A DNA stretch of 64,000 nt from Octopus vulgaris. Taxonomy: Eukaryota. Positions 11,632 through 24,913 of this stretch are shown piece after piece. Every line of letters begins with the position of its first letter. The first letter of the stretch is position 1. The notes beneath the pieces are model-generated. The model was not told the origin of the DNA. It was given only the letters and a program-made list of their open reading frames with translations, and ran no database searches. The translations under genes were made by a program, and so were the position numbers. The stretch lies in NCBI GenBank assembly GCA_951406725.2, contig OX597816.1, positions 132,122,001 through 132,186,000 of the forward strand, written 5' to 3'.

Positions 11632-11903
11632 TTAACTCTTTCATGACCAAATTTCTAACAAAATACACTGTTCATGCATTTCAGTTATCTTTGAAAATGA
11701 ATCTGATTTTGAAAAGATTTAATAAAATAGTTAAGTTTTTCATTAATCACTATGTTAAGCTAGTGTTTTGAATATAATAAAAGAGTCCTATAAAAAATTA
11801 TGATGAAAGGTATTTATTTTAACAAGAAAATTTTTAAAACTTTATGGTTTTTTGTATCATATGATCAGGGGTTGTCACAGGTGAATTGATATTGAAAGAA
11901 TTA
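11632..11903 (+). mobile_element. piggyBac-type MITE family F, diverged
   Basis: Starts TTAACTCTTTCATGACC, ends TGATATTGAAAGAATTA; homologous to 39653-40041. Confidence 0.6.
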
Positions 11904-11914
11904 CGGTATGAGTG

Positions 11915-12129
11915 TTAACCCTGTAGCATTTAGATTACTTTGACTATTTATTCACATTGTTTCAATTAATTTTGCATTATCTGATAACTTTGAGATGTTG
12001 ACGATGTTATAGCTTATTTTCAGAATGATACTGTAGGATACGTGTTTGAGACCAGACTCAGCCTGTTTAAACATAGTATAGGTAGAATATTTGGGCCGAA
12101 TATGGCCAGTTTAAATGCTAAAGGGTCAG
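11915..12129 (+). mobile_element. piggyBac-type MITE family E
   Basis: TTAA-CCCTGTAGCATTT ... AAATGCTAAAGGG terminal inverted repeats; homologous to 36241-36468. Confidence 0.85.
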
Positions 12130-13429
12130 GTACACTCTAGTGTTGTTGATTTGGAACAAGAAGATGGTTCAGTTTTAGTCATTCTTGTTTAACCGGGTTG
12201 CACTTATAGAGGAAGCTTATGATCAATGATATTTCTGCTGGATATTCCATCTTTTTTTTTATAGAATAGTGTGTTTATGAATATTTATCCTTTGTGTAAG
12301 ATGGTAGTTTCTGATGTGAAGTAGATTTGGTAGGAGTTTCTCATTGACTCATGTAATTGATGCTGCTGTGTAGTTGAAATTTAGCACAGAATTAGCCCAC
12401 CAATAATGAAAGTTTAACATACTGGTTATGTCATACTTCAGTCTGGTACGAAACCATACTGTTGTGGCTTGTAATGTGGAGTGCACATAACATCTAGAGG
12501 ATGTCAAGTAATTGTGATGCCTCATTTCTTATGCTAGACAAAGGAGAATTTAATAACTGCTTTCTGTTAGTAAAAGTTACATAATTTCAACTAATTAGTT
12601 AGCAGCTTTCTCCATCTTCGTATAAATAAATGTATTGCACTTCTAATATAGATACATATGTATATAAACAGATTTACATAGAATCCACCACCGCATGATT
12701 GTGGGGTGGGTTTGATCTTACTGTGCAGTAGCTTGGCAAAGTGCCTCGTACTATATAGCCCTAGGCTGAGTGAGTAGAAAAATGTGCAGAAACTTGCCTT
12801 TCTCTCACACACACGTCTGCGTCTAAAAACCCGATGTTGTTAACTTCTGTTTTCTGCAACTATAGCAGTTGACAAAGGGGTCAGATTGAAATAAGTGTTA
12901 GAGTTCATTAAATCCTTGAAATAGTGCCCCCAGCATGGTCACAGTCCAATGACTGAAATCATTAAAAGAATACAAAGACCTATTTGAAGATCAGCATGGA
13001 GAGGTAGATTGTTTTGGCCTGGTATGCTGAAAGTTCTGTTTTTAATAATCTTGTAACTGGAATGTCACTTACATGTAGACATGTATTTTAGTTTTAAATA
13101 AATTCTTATAAATTTAAGTAAGCAAATTGCAATGATAGAGTGAGATGTTTTTTTTTTATCATCAAAAGAAATTGTGTATCAAATAAAAACCAGCAATTTG
13201 TCATTGCTGACATTTGTCGTAGGGTCAGTATTTCTGTTTGATAATGTAATGTATAAGATGTGGTCAGCGATCCAATACAACACAGAATTCCGGCCCTGTG
13301 AGACAATTTACTGAGTAACTATTTTATTGTAGATGTAAGTTTTGTCAATATTGGATAATAGTGATAGTAATAGATAATAGTGATCATGTGCAGCATGAAG
13401 TGTGTGACTTGGAGAAAATACATATCACG

Positions 13430-14380
13430 TACATACAAACACACACATGCGCGTTATCTTTCTTTCTCTCTCTCTGCTCTCTTTTTCTCTCCCCCCCTCT
13501 CTCTCTTCATTTGTTATAGTATTTATAAAACACTCTTTTGATCTTGTTTGATATGTGCCTTAAAGTGATACACATGATATTCGTCTTGACTTTGATTCTT
13601 AGAAGAAGATACATGACATCACATGGGATTCTGTTAGATTCGCGTAACTTCGTTACAGAGAAGGAACTCGTGGAAATTTCATATGAACGTAAAACGCAGT
13701 TAACCCTGCGAGTGAAATTTTGCAAATCGGGAACATCAATAATGTTATCAATCAGACTTAGTTCTGGGGGCAATACACTCAATTAAAATCATCGAATACA
13801 TTTCTCCTCTACCACAACCCTCAGCAATTTTACACTGTAGTGAATAAACCCAGTTACAGAAATAAAACAATCAAACATAGGCTCTAAAACTTCTGGGTTC
13901 GTAACGCAGAAAACGATTTAAAATTCTATGTAATGAATGAAAGAAAATGTTTGCGAAACAGAAATGAAACATGTTACAGTCACATGTGTTTTCTCGCTAT
14001 ATCATTCTATAATGTATGCTCTTCTCCTTCCGGTGCTTTTTGCTTGCTATGATTAATATACTACTGACAAGTACATGATTCTACTGAAAATACTAATAAT
14101 GTCCTCCCTATTTTTACCGTGTGGTTTCGTTGCTATTTTTTGACCTATAACAAACTCAAAGGCCGCAGTGTTATATTATTGTCCAATTGGTTGTATTTCA
14201 TCTTCTTTCCTGAGGAAGGAAATCTGCTTAGTATAAACTGCCCAATGAGGAAATAACAAAAGACTGACTGCAAAGTGTTTTAATTATGTGAAACAGCATT
14301 ATCAGATTGCTATTTCTAAATAATTCATGATTCTACAGTGTATAACCTGTCTTATTTCTGCGTTGTCTTTGTGTGAGTGG
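13430..14380. promoter_or_regulatory. CpG-retaining, apparently unique segment; candidate promoter or non-coding first exon
   Basis: Roughly 20 or more CpGs in 13430-14170 against very few in the following kilobases; CTTCCGG (ETS-like), CCAAT motifs and a possible donor GTGAGT at 14373. Could instead be a young unrecognised transposon. Confidence 0.3.
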
Positions 14381-14489
14381 GCAAGTGGTGTGTAAAATGT
14401 TTTGAAAGACATTCTATAATTTCAGTTTTTCTCATAGATGTGTGTGTGTGTGAGTGTGTGTTAAACACGCATACATACAGATATGTGAA

Positions 14490-14725
14490 TGCGTGTGTTT
14501 GTGTCTCTTTGTTTTGACATCTCACAATAATTGTAAATTAGTGTCATGCTCATACACATGATGTCATTTGTTTCCAATCTTCTGTTGAAAACATGTCGAG
14601 TCTTGTTTGGAAACGGGTGAACATAGGTGACTGGAAAGGCATCCCGGTGTAGAGAATCTGCCTTAACAACTTCCACCTTACCCAAGCAAACACAGAAATG
14701 AAGATGTTAAAGTAATACCGATGAT
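14490..14725 (+). mobile_element. SINE family A2 tail
   Basis: TTGACATC...TTGTAAAT...GGAAACGGGTGA...GGAAAGGCATCCCGG...GATGTTAAA. Confidence 0.75.
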
Positions 14726-16569
14726 GTGTGTGTGTGTGTGTGTACAGTGTGCGGCAGAAATACCTCTCACATTTGAAAGGTTGACAAAAGGAAAAAGAAA
14801 CAACATTTATGAAAAAATTTATTTTACTGTTGTTTAAACAAAGGGTTACAGTTTTTATTTATTAGAAGTACAGAGTGTCTGTAAATTAGTTTTACAATAA
14901 ATACTATAAAAATATTATTTATGAATACCCTGTATGTTTTTTTATGTATATATTATTGTATTTAGCACAAGCAAAATGATCAAGTGGATAAGGTAACCAT
15001 ACTATCTTGTTCCCAGATATCTTCAAATATTTTGTCAATGTTTTATTCTGCAAAACTCCATTTCTTTTATAGTTTGTTGTTGGTAGACTGGTATCCTACT
15101 CCAAAACTATATACCATGAAACCATACCTGAATCTTGACTCCCAGCAATCCAGCTTATGAATTAGGAAATATTTCATGTTTTTAATAGTAATTAAAAATA
15201 AAAGAAAGGTACACATTAGATAGTATAACCTCTAGTTACTTCCTGCCCCCCTCTCTATGCACAAAAAGGTAGGATGTTCACAGCCAGTATGGATTTGATC
15301 ATAGTTCTGTTTGCTCAGTATTGAACCATTTAAGAATTTCAATAACAACAACAAACCACATTTATTTAGTTATGGAACCCTTAATCCTGTCAATTAAGTT
15401 TTGTATAATCAATATTTTTCTACTTAAAAGGCTGCAAATTTTTATACCTTTATTTATTTATCTATTTTTTATCAAGTGAAAACTATTGGTAACATTAAGC
15501 TAGAGTAGAATTTGTAGGCAATGATAAATGTGAAATTCTTTGATCAGGTCTGCAAAAGTTAAACCCTCTCTCCAGATACAAAATAGGAATAAAGTGAGAT
15601 ATCTATTACAAATATTGCTAGAATACAAAATTTTGTGTTAAATTATGATTGGGGTGATATTGGAGATGACAAAGATAATTGCTATGCTGATTGTGATTTC
15701 TTTATATGTATGAGTGTACGTTTGTATTTTTAAAAAAAATTCTTTTGTGTTATCCTTTTTATAATAGGGTTCACTTTTAGAGAGAGAAAAAGAGTAATGG
15801 AGGGAGTGTGTGAGTTATTTGTTAGCAGTTGATAGGATATATGTGTGTGTAGATATATATGTGTATGTTGTATTGGCAGTAATATACAATGCTATTGATG
15901 ATATAGATGTGGTTTCCAACAGTTATGTTGCTTCATCTGTCATCACCAAGTTGTTTCATCTGTCCTCATTTCCCACCTTCCCCATGGTTGGTTGGGGATA
16001 TGTGCTTTATTGTATACTATGCTAGTATATTTTATGTCAGCAAAGATTGGCAGTCAATTAAATCACCTCTCGGTACTTAGAATTTTATTTTATTGATCCC
16101 TGGATGGATGAAAAGCCAAGTTTACCTTGGTGAGATTTGAACTTAAAATGTAAAGACTACTACCCTCATGTTTCGCATATCTCCATCAAATCATACCATA
16201 CCATTTTAAAAAGAGATGCAAGCATACACACATACATTGTAGGTATGGCTAACTAGGGCTGACTGAGACTTAAATAACAACAACAACAACAACAACTTTA
16301 AGTATTATATACATGACCTGATCAGGCAATAATTGTTTTTATACATATCAACTATATGTTGTTGCTTTTTTCTACAATATCAGGCCGGATCATAGCTAAG
16401 GTGGAGCAAGCCTTTTAGTCTTCACCTAGTTTTAAAAATTATCTTAATATCAATGATGTATATCAGGTGTGACCACTTGACTGATGACAAATATTTGCCA
16501 AATCTCCCTAAGATTACATCTTACAATCTTAAATAAGGACAGAATACATTAGATTAATGTTGTCCTATA

Positions 16570-16790
16570 TTTACTTAAGCACTTCACTCCCTATGAAGCA
16601 TAGGCCATTGACAACTTTTCTCCATTTTCAACTCTGGGTTGTCTTTCCCTAATTGAAGGCCGTCCTCCTTCATGTTTTGCTGGTTTTGAATTTTCATCAA
16701 TACTTCTGTAACATTGCTTTTTCTAGATTGGGGTTTTGGGCCTGTGCAAACCAGTTTTTACTTCTGGGAGGAGGTGATCCATATTATTCT
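16570..16790 (-). mobile_element. Short bipartite RTE-derived non-autonomous retroposon
   Basis: Minus strand ends GGCCTATGCTTCATAGGGAGTGAAGTGCTTAAGTAA (RTE-like tail) joined to GGCCCAAAACCCC...AAAAAGCAATGTTACAGAAG; second copy at 44615-44885. Confidence 0.6.
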
Positions 16791-18007
16791 AATATGAACT
16801 AAATTCTATACATACTCTTAAAAATTTAGTGGGGGTGTCATGAACCTATGAGCATAGGTTTTGTTGGTGTTTTGCTAGGGCTAAACTGCAACACATTTCT
16901 TTCAAAGAATGCATCTGTCCTATAAACATCAGTTTACCAGATTTTGGTAGTTAATTTTTAAATGAATTTTAAAAAAATGATTAATTCTCTTGTGCTTATT
17001 GAATTAATCTGAAAGTTTGAGTTGTTGAAGATTTTGGTGAATTTTACTAGTCAGTTTGATTAAAGGGTACAGCAATGACTTTATGTAACAAATAACTGTC
17101 TCCTATATCTAGGAGAGCTTTTTAATGCTTGATACATAACCCCCAAGTTTTCCAAGTTAATTAGGTTAAGAGAAAATTTCCTCATGGGTATGATAGTCTA
17201 TTTCTATTGCAGGTAACATTTCCAGATGATCTGGTACATATTTCTGGCAATTCTCTTTTATCTTTTACTTGTTTCTGTCATTGAACTAAAGGAATGTAGA
17301 ATAACGTGTTCTGCTCAGAAACTATAAAGCATCTGTTGTGGATGTGAAATCCCAACATATCATCCAATATTCCTGTATCTCATCTACTTAAGTTATCTCA
17401 CCTTTATATAGCATATATTACATGTGCACTATTCGTTTTTTATTCTTTTTTACAATTACAATTGATTTTTTAAAAATTTTAATTTTCTATAGAGGGTTGA
17501 TGGTATCTGGGAATATTAGCTAAAACAATTGAGAAAATATCTCATAAAAAATATCAAGTTGGTCACTCAGTTAATATCTTTATGATGGGAATTCTTCTGA
17601 ATAATTAATCCACTTATTAACAATTGACTTCAAACACTTTTTTTTTTATTGACAATTGCCTCCTGATGTAATCTCAGACTTTGTTTCAACATCACCTTAT
17701 CTTTCTTCAACTAATTTTAGCTAAATTATTAACAGTCTAAATCAACCAACTTACTAAAGAATGATTATGAATTGCGAGTTAATCATTTCAACCTAGTCAT
17801 ACTGACATGCATTAAATATAAAGTACACGATAAAGGTATGAGTAACAAAAATAAATAAATAACATTTTGTAGGGAAAAAAATATCTTCTAATCAAAGCAC
17901 CTGACAAGAAGCAAAAAAAAATTAGCAACTGATTTTGGAGTGATTGATATTGATGAAAATTTTTGGTGTGGCTGTTTCTGTGAAGAATTATGGCACATAG
18001 TTTTCTG

Positions 18008-18178
18008 TGTTGACAACTGGTGTTAGTATGTTTATGTCCCTTGTAACCTTGTGGTTTAGCATAAGAGACAGATAAAGTAAGTACCAGTACTGGGGTCGAT
18101 TCATTTGGCTAAAATTCTTCAAGGTGGTGCCTCAGCATAGCCATAGTCTAATGACTGAAACAAGTAAAAGATAAAAGA
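18008..18178 (+). mobile_element. SINE family A1 tail
   Basis: TTGACAACTGGTGTT...CTTCAAGGTGGTGCC...GACTGAAACAAGTAAAAGATAAAAG. Confidence 0.85.
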
Positions 18179-18229
18179 TGCATGGCTTTTTGTTTGTTTC
18201 TTGGTTGGTCTGAAGGAAAGAGCAGAACC

Positions 18230-18655
18230 TATGACCTTCACAGGTCTTTCTAGACCAATGAGACAATGCCATTGATGTTCTTGAACTTTTACAAGTCAAC
18301 ACCTGTGGGAAAGATAATGAGCAAGTAGGAAATTCAAGAGAGCCAACATTCTGAGAAGGAAAAATTGGGTTTAGTAATTAGCACAGAGCCCGGGAGGCTG
18401 GGCACGACATGGGTCAGGTTTAGGGGAGGAAACATGAGCGGGTTGGGAATACCTTGGTAGTGATAACAGTTCCAAAGAGCAGAGGTCACTATAGATAAGG
18501 CAGAAAGAGAAAACAGTGGTTTGTTGGCTGTATCATGTCTGAGTGACTTTCAGCTGCATGGTCCATTTCTGGATGTGCTCTCTGATGCCTGTGTGTGCAG
18601 CAGAAAAAGCAGCAGCAGCATTATTCCAAATGTGAAAGCAATACTCCATTTTGAA
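18230..18655 (-). mobile_element. CR1/Jockey-group LINE 3' relic, heavily decayed
   Basis: Minus strand gives KMEYC.HIWNNAAA, a CSLEL segment and a WNSLP-like/FP..DL.KFK segment, with frameshifts. Confidence 0.6.
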
Positions 18656-19704
18656 TTTCATAGTGGAGCCTTACATTTGGATTGATTTTTGAGGCTGCAA
18701 TTGTGTATTGCTCATAGTTAAGGATATAGATTGTGTGTTATTTTGTGTCAAACTTCATCAAGTTAGACCAATGATCAAATGTATTCCCAAACAGGACCAT
18801 TTTATATTTTTTCGATCAGCCAGTATATCCTCCTTGAAAATTTAGTTATTTCTAGCTCATCAGACAACCACATAGAGGCTTCTCTGTTGACTTGAGCATG
18901 CAATAAATTGTTGTTTAGACCCAAGTCAATCCTTACTGAACAGACCTATGATGAAAGGTACTTCCTCCATGATTATCCAGTATTATCCATTTATAAGACA
19001 AAAGTTTGCTTTAAGTCAGAGTTTGCTGCTTTGTCTTGCAGGTTTTATGACTAGAGGCTTTTTCGTTATCTCAAGCAGACAGCAATTTCAGAATGCTAAG
19101 TGTTAAGCATAGGTAAATTTTTCTTCCCGGAAATATTTATATAAAAGTGATATTCAGTAAAATAGTAAAATAGCAACTGGTTGCTACTATTCCTTCCAGA
19201 CTGGTTATCCAATCTATCTGTTCTGTACCATCAGAAAACATCAATCTTCAATGAAGGCATGTGCTTGGAATTTTAGATTTTTCCTATTCCATATTCAGAC
19301 AATAAAGTCTGTAGAAATCACATTTAATAATCATGAAGTGAAGAAGCCACACATATGCACACACATTGAAACAGAAACACACAATAACATATATTGATGA
19401 TGAGTCTGTGAAAGTCTAGAAAGGTCAATTATGATGGATTTAGGAACTTTGTTCTACATGAAGTATAAGAGACTCATGAAAATACGAAAAATACCTCAAT
19501 AAAAAAAAAAATTAAAACCAATTTGTTGCACTTTTGAACTATTGCATCATCATCATCGTCATCTTGACTTCCTCTCTCTTTTTTTTCAATATCTGAATTT
19601 CCTAGTTTTTTTTTATTATTGTGTTCTGCCACTTCTCAGTCTGTCTTCTTGACTATTCATTTCCTGTTCTACTTTTACCTTTTGTTTCAACATAGACACA
19701 TTGA

Positions 19705-19995
19705 TAGTTCTGTGGCAAGAAATTTGCTTCCTAACTACATGGGCTTGGGTTCAGTCAGACTGCATAGGACCTTGGGCTAATCTACTATAGCCCAAGGCTG
19801 ACCAAAGACTTGTAAGTAGATTTGGAAGACAGGAACTGTAAGAATCTCATCAACAGGTGTTCATGGAAAAATATTAATTTACTTGGAAACAAATAGGAAT
19901 TGGCTTCAAGAAGGGCAGTTGGCTACAAAAAATCTTCAACAAAATCCATTTGACCCATGCAAACATGAAAAAGTGGGTGTAAATATGATGATGAT
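19705..19995 (+). mobile_element. SINE family A2 (A head, B-type end), internally deleted
   Basis: GGGTTCAGTC head, GACCAAAGACTTGTAAGTAGATTTGG, then GACCCATGCAAACATGAAAAAGTGG and (GAT)n. Confidence 0.75.
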
Positions 19996-20181
19996 GTTGA
20001 TGATTATAATGATGAAAAGTATAATGGCAGAAACAATCATTATTGTCCTGGTAACATGCATTATGATGCATGACAAAAGTGCACCCAGTCCATGCTGTAA
20101 AGTGGGGAGAAGTAAGTGTATTTTACTTCTCCCCTACAACCACCATTACTACGTATGCCTATATGGGTGTATAAGTGATAG

Positions 20182-20570
20182 AATCATCATCATCATTTAA
20201 CATCCGCTTTCCATGCTAGCATGAGTTGAACGATTTGACTGAGGTCTGGTGAACCAGATTCCAATCTGATCTGGCAAAGTTTCTACAGCTGGATGCTCTT
20301 CCTAACGCCAATGATTCCGAGAGTGTAGTGGTGTGCTTTTACATGTCACTGGTATGAGGGCTAGTCAGGCAGTACTAGCAGTGGCCAAGCTCAAATAGTG
20401 TTTTTCATGTGCCACCTGCACAGGATCCAGTCCAACGGCACTGGCAACGACCTCTCTTGAATGTTTTTTCACGTGCCACCAGCACAAGTGCCAGTAAAGC
20501 GACACAGGTAACAATCATGCTCAAATGGTACTTTTTACGTACCATTGGCATGAAGGCTAGCTTCAGCTAC
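20182..20570 (-). mobile_element. SINE family B with internal tandem units
   Basis: CATCATTTAACATCCGCTTTCCATGCTAGCATG...GGATGCTCTTCCTAACGCC, then four TTTTACGTGCCAC-like units. Confidence 0.9.
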
Positions 20571-20619
20571 AAAACTCATACTGCCTTCTCTACAAAATAT
20601 TACTTGATACACAGTAAGA

Positions 20620-20910
20620 CATGTCAAGCTAAGTAAAATTGTGGTTCCTCATCTTGCAGGCTTGTGGGTGTTGGTACCACATAAAAAGTATCTGCACCAA
20701 TGTCGCATAGAAGCACCCATGCCAGTGCCATGTAAGAGCTTCCAAACCACTCTGTAAAGTGGTTGATATTAGGAAGGGCATCCAACCATAGAAACCAAGC
20801 CAAAACATACAAATGGAACCAAGGCAGCTCTCTAGCTGGTCAACTCTTGTCAACTGTCCAACCCATGCAAGCATGGAAAATAGATGTTAAATGATGATGA
20901 TGATGTTGAT
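20620..20910 (+). mobile_element. SINE family B
   Basis: TTAGGAAGGGCATCCAACCATAGAAACC...CCAACCCATGCAAGCATGGAAAATAGATGTTAAATGATGATG. Confidence 0.9.
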
Positions 20911-21333
20911 TTAATAATAAAAATATAATATAATATTTTAAACATCAAATAGCTATGAGTGTCCATTCAAGTGAAATAAGAATCAAACCAATCCAAGTTT
21001 ATATGATTGAGAAATGCTGAAGCCAGGTAATGTTGGTTTCATTGCAAGGTCACACTGTCTTTAACTTATCAAGAGTAATTTGCCACATCCCTGCAGCTGT
21101 TTGTTATGTTTTAGTTATCTCTCTCTCTGTCCTGGTCTCTGTCTATCCAGCTATCTGTTAGCCACAAAAATGTACTATGCGGGTCAGTCAGATTTAAATA
21201 AGGAAAGCTTATTTAAGCTGAGAGTTTATGATAAAGAAGAGATTAGCCTACTAACGACTTAGTGAGAGGATTTATGAGAAATTACAAGTTCATATATTTA
21301 ATATCGTATTGATTCCTATCCTACTTTCTTCAT

Positions 21334-21396
<63 letters not shown>

Positions 21397-21402
21397 CACC
21401 AC
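21334..21402. repeat. (TAC)n(CAC)n trinucleotide microsatellite
   Basis: Seen directly. Confidence 0.97.
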
Positions 21403-22029
21403 TTGTACTACTTATATATATATGTGTGTATTTGTATATTTACTTTCTTAGAGTTCTAGAAGTCTGTTGTTATTTGTTATTTAAATAGTTATTTATTCTA
21501 TCATGTGACTTAGAATTCTTGTTCTTTTTATGTCACTGACTCATCAAAAGTCACGATTTAAAATTTACAGAGAAATAATGAAGAAATTGTAATTTTGGTC
21601 AAAGAAAATAGTTTTGTCAAAAAAAAAACAAAAGTTGGAATCTGTTGGTAGCTGTCACAGCATTGGAAGGGAATGTGCAAAGGTTTTAAGTTCATTTATT
21701 TATCCCAGCTTGTTTTTTGTGAAAATATTGGCAGTTGTCAAAACATAAATTCACACACCTGAAGTTTAGAACTGTTGTATGAAGAAAAGATCTATTTGTT
21801 TATTTATTTGTTTAATGTCTGTTTTTGCCATGGCTTGGATGAGAATTTGATTTTGAGGCTGGATTTTATGGCCAGATTTTTTTTCTGTCTCTAACCCTCA
21901 CCTATTTTCAAGTCTCCCACCAGTCATGTTGTCAACAATGAATGTCAAAAATAATACTGCTTTGCTCAAACAGTGACAAACAAAACATCAACATTTACAT
22001 GCACACACACACACGCATATATACATCTG

Positions 22030-22213
22030 TATATATGATGGGCTAAATACAGTTTGTCTACTAAATTCACTCCCAAGACATTAGTTGGCCTAGGGCAATA
22101 TTAGACTATACTTACCCAAGGTGTTGGACAGTGGGATTGAATCCAAAACATTGCAATCCAAAATCATGTTGTTGCAAAGCAAACACCTCCACCACACAGC
22201 TATGCCTGCACCT
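22030..22213 (-). mobile_element. SINE family A, 5' half
   Basis: CCACACAGCTATGCCTGCACCT head end, CAGTGGGATTGAATCC, CCCAAGGTG. Confidence 0.75.
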
Positions 22214-22346
22214 GTATGAATACCAATAATAATGCATGAAAAAATAAATAATAATGCATAATAATAATGCATAAAATAATGCATGGCACTGGGTCAGATC
22301 TTCTTCTCATATCTACCATTTCCTTTTATTCTAATATAATGTTATG

Positions 22347-22720
22347 TAGGACTGTTTGGTAAAAAGCTTGCTTCCCAACCACATGGTTTCAGTTTCAGTC
22401 TTACTGCATGGCATCTTAGGCAATTGTCTTCTGCTATAGCCTCGTGCTGACCAAAGCCTTGTGAGTGGATTTGGTGAATTCAGAAACTGAAAGAAGCCCA
22501 TCATATATGTGTGTTTGTGTGTGTGTGTTTGCCTCACCACCACTTGACAACTGGTGTTGGTGAGTTCACGTCCCTGTAACTTAGCAGTTTGGCAAAAGAG
22601 ACCAACAAAATAAGTAGTAGGCTAAAAAAAATAAGTCCTGGCGTTGATTTGTTTGACTAAAACCTTCAAGGCAGTGCTGCAGCATGGCCACAATCAAATG
22701 ACTGAAACAACTAAAAGAAG
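22347..22720 (+). mobile_element. SINE family A1, full length
   Basis: AGCTTGCTTCCCAACCACATGG...GACCAAAGCCTTGTGAGTGGATTTGG...(TG)n...AAATGACTGAAACAA. Confidence 0.9.
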
Positions 22721-24136
22721 AGGAATTTCATGGAATTAAAGATTCTTTATATTACTCAGTATAATGTACTTTCCAGTTGATCTTAAGTTCTTGAAAATCA
22801 CTCTGTTACTAAAAAGGTAGGTTTCTTACCTGTCATGTAGGGGTATCTTTGCTGAATATGTTGGTGTATGAGCGCCACTGTGTGTGTGTGTTCTTATTTG
22901 CCCCAAATCAGCTCTGATTAAGCAGTTCTATGATCACAAGTACTCCAACTGTTACTGCTTTCTTTTACTTATTACATAGTGTTATCTATATATCCTTCCC
23001 CTACCTTGTTTTTACCCTTTCTTTTGAAGATGGTAGGTGGGGGTGAGCTAATAGAAAAGATAACAGGTCCAGTAACCATATAGAGGCTTCTCTGTTGGGT
23101 CATAAATCACCATGAAAAAGATAAAGAGAACCCCCCCCCCCGCAAATTTATTAAACTTTTGAGCTAAATCACAGAGATAAAAATAACATTAAAGAACCAG
23201 CCCATGGATCTTGAGTTCAAATCTACATGCATCAATTCATGTAGCTGTTTAGAATATGTACTAAATATTAGAGAAATGTTATTGGTGATGGACTGGTATC
23301 TTATCCTGTGTGAAATTAATCTATCATTTATATAAATACCAATCTGCCTCTTCCTGAGCCCCAAGAGAATCTCTTTAACTATTCAGCCATGATACTATTT
23401 ACAATTGTTGCTATTAAAATATTTATTGATATCTAACATCCACCCCCCTTCTTTGACACTTATTCCTTGCTTTGCTAAAATGCTTATAAATATTCAGTGA
23501 GATGGAAACAAATTGCCTTGTCATTGATACATAGACAGACAGAATGTCGGCTGATTCAGAGACTTGTGCATAGACCTTTTGGTTGTAATAATAATTTCAT
23601 TCTCATCAAAAAGCTGTAATAAATTTAATTTTGTTTCTGGACATATTGATAAACAAATATATTATTTGGCCCACACTCTGTTACATTAAAGTATTGGCAG
23701 ATTCTGTATAATATTTTGCAGCCAAAGCAGAATTTCCTTTATGTATCTGAGTCTGAGTTATTGATGAAAAGCAAAAGTATTGTAAAAGTATCGTATTAAA
23801 TATAAAGCCACCACCTAAAACATTTTGTTTGTACTTTTCTTTTTCTTTTTGTCTTGATTCAATTATTAGGCTTGAGGTTAAGGGCATTGAAGAGAAGGAA
23901 TAGAAAATATTAATGGGAACATTAAAAAAAAACAAAAAACTTATAAAATAGATTTTTTAAAAAACTTTCAGCGTAGAAGATTTGTACAAAATTTTAGTTA
24001 CTGCTAGAAAGTAAAACTAACTAAAAAGCTGCATTTTTGCTGTTTCATATTCTCCAGCTTAGTCAGCTGTTATCAAATAGAGAAAAAAAAAGTAAAATAA
24101 AAAAAACTTCAGTTGTTTTGCTGTCATATAGCTATA

Positions 24137-24373
24137 TTGATCCATTAGCATTTAAATTACTCTGTCAAATGCAATGCTTATTTATTCACATTGTTTTGAA
24201 TTAATCATGCATTATCTTGTATCTTTTGTATCTTCAAGATTTTGATGATGCGATTGTTTATTTTTAAAATGACATTGTAGGGTATGTGTAAGAGGTTGGA
24301 TATAGCCAGTTTGAACATAAAACAGGTAGAATATTTGAGCTGGATGTGGCCAGTTAAAATGCTATAGGGCTTA
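24137..24373 (+). mobile_element. piggyBac-type MITE family E
   Basis: Body homologous to 36241-36468; degenerate termini TCCATTAGCATTT and AAATGCTATAGGG. Confidence 0.85.
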
Positions 24374-24617
24374 TAATGTGGAATTTTTATGATATAATTC
24401 TGTCTCCAATTTATCTATAAAATCTACCATAGAAAAGTAGTCCCTTAAGTCCATCTTATACCGTTTTCTAGTGAGCCATATATATCACAAGATTTTCAAC
24501 AAGAACCACTTCAAATGAGCTACTATGCCATCGAGAACAACACAAAAGGAGCTACTATGCCAACAAGAATTTCACAGTTTGCATAAGAAATCCCAATGCT
24601 AGAAAGATTACAAACAA

Positions 24618-24810
24618 CATCATCATCATCATCGTTTAACATCTGCTTTCCATGCTGGCATGGATTGGACTGTTTGACATGGAACTGGTTTACAGGGAGC
24701 TGTCCAAACTACAACTGTCTGTTGAGGCATGGTTTCTATGGCTGGATGTCCTTCCTAATGCCAACCTCTTAACAGAGTGTGCTGGGTGCTTTTTACATAC
24801 TACCAGCAAC
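24618..24810 (-). mobile_element. SINE family B
   Basis: (CAT)n CGTTTAACATCTGCTTTCCATGCTGGCATGG...GGCTGGATGTCCTTCCTAATGCC. Confidence 0.85.
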
Positions 24811-24913
24811 AACCAAATTTCAAATCCTGCACCTGTCTGTAATTACACATCCTAACAATTGCCTGCTTGATGGTAATTGCTTAGAAAAATCTATGGATTA
24901 CTGATAGTTAAAA

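Noticed and set aside
13507-13786. Overlapping 91-aa and 82-aa ORFs
   Set aside because: Non-ATG starts, no recognisable domain and no splice support.
14871-14932. Tiny TA-flanked element with Tc1/mariner-like ends
   Set aside because: The inverted repeats match at only about 10 of 15 positions; too weak to call.
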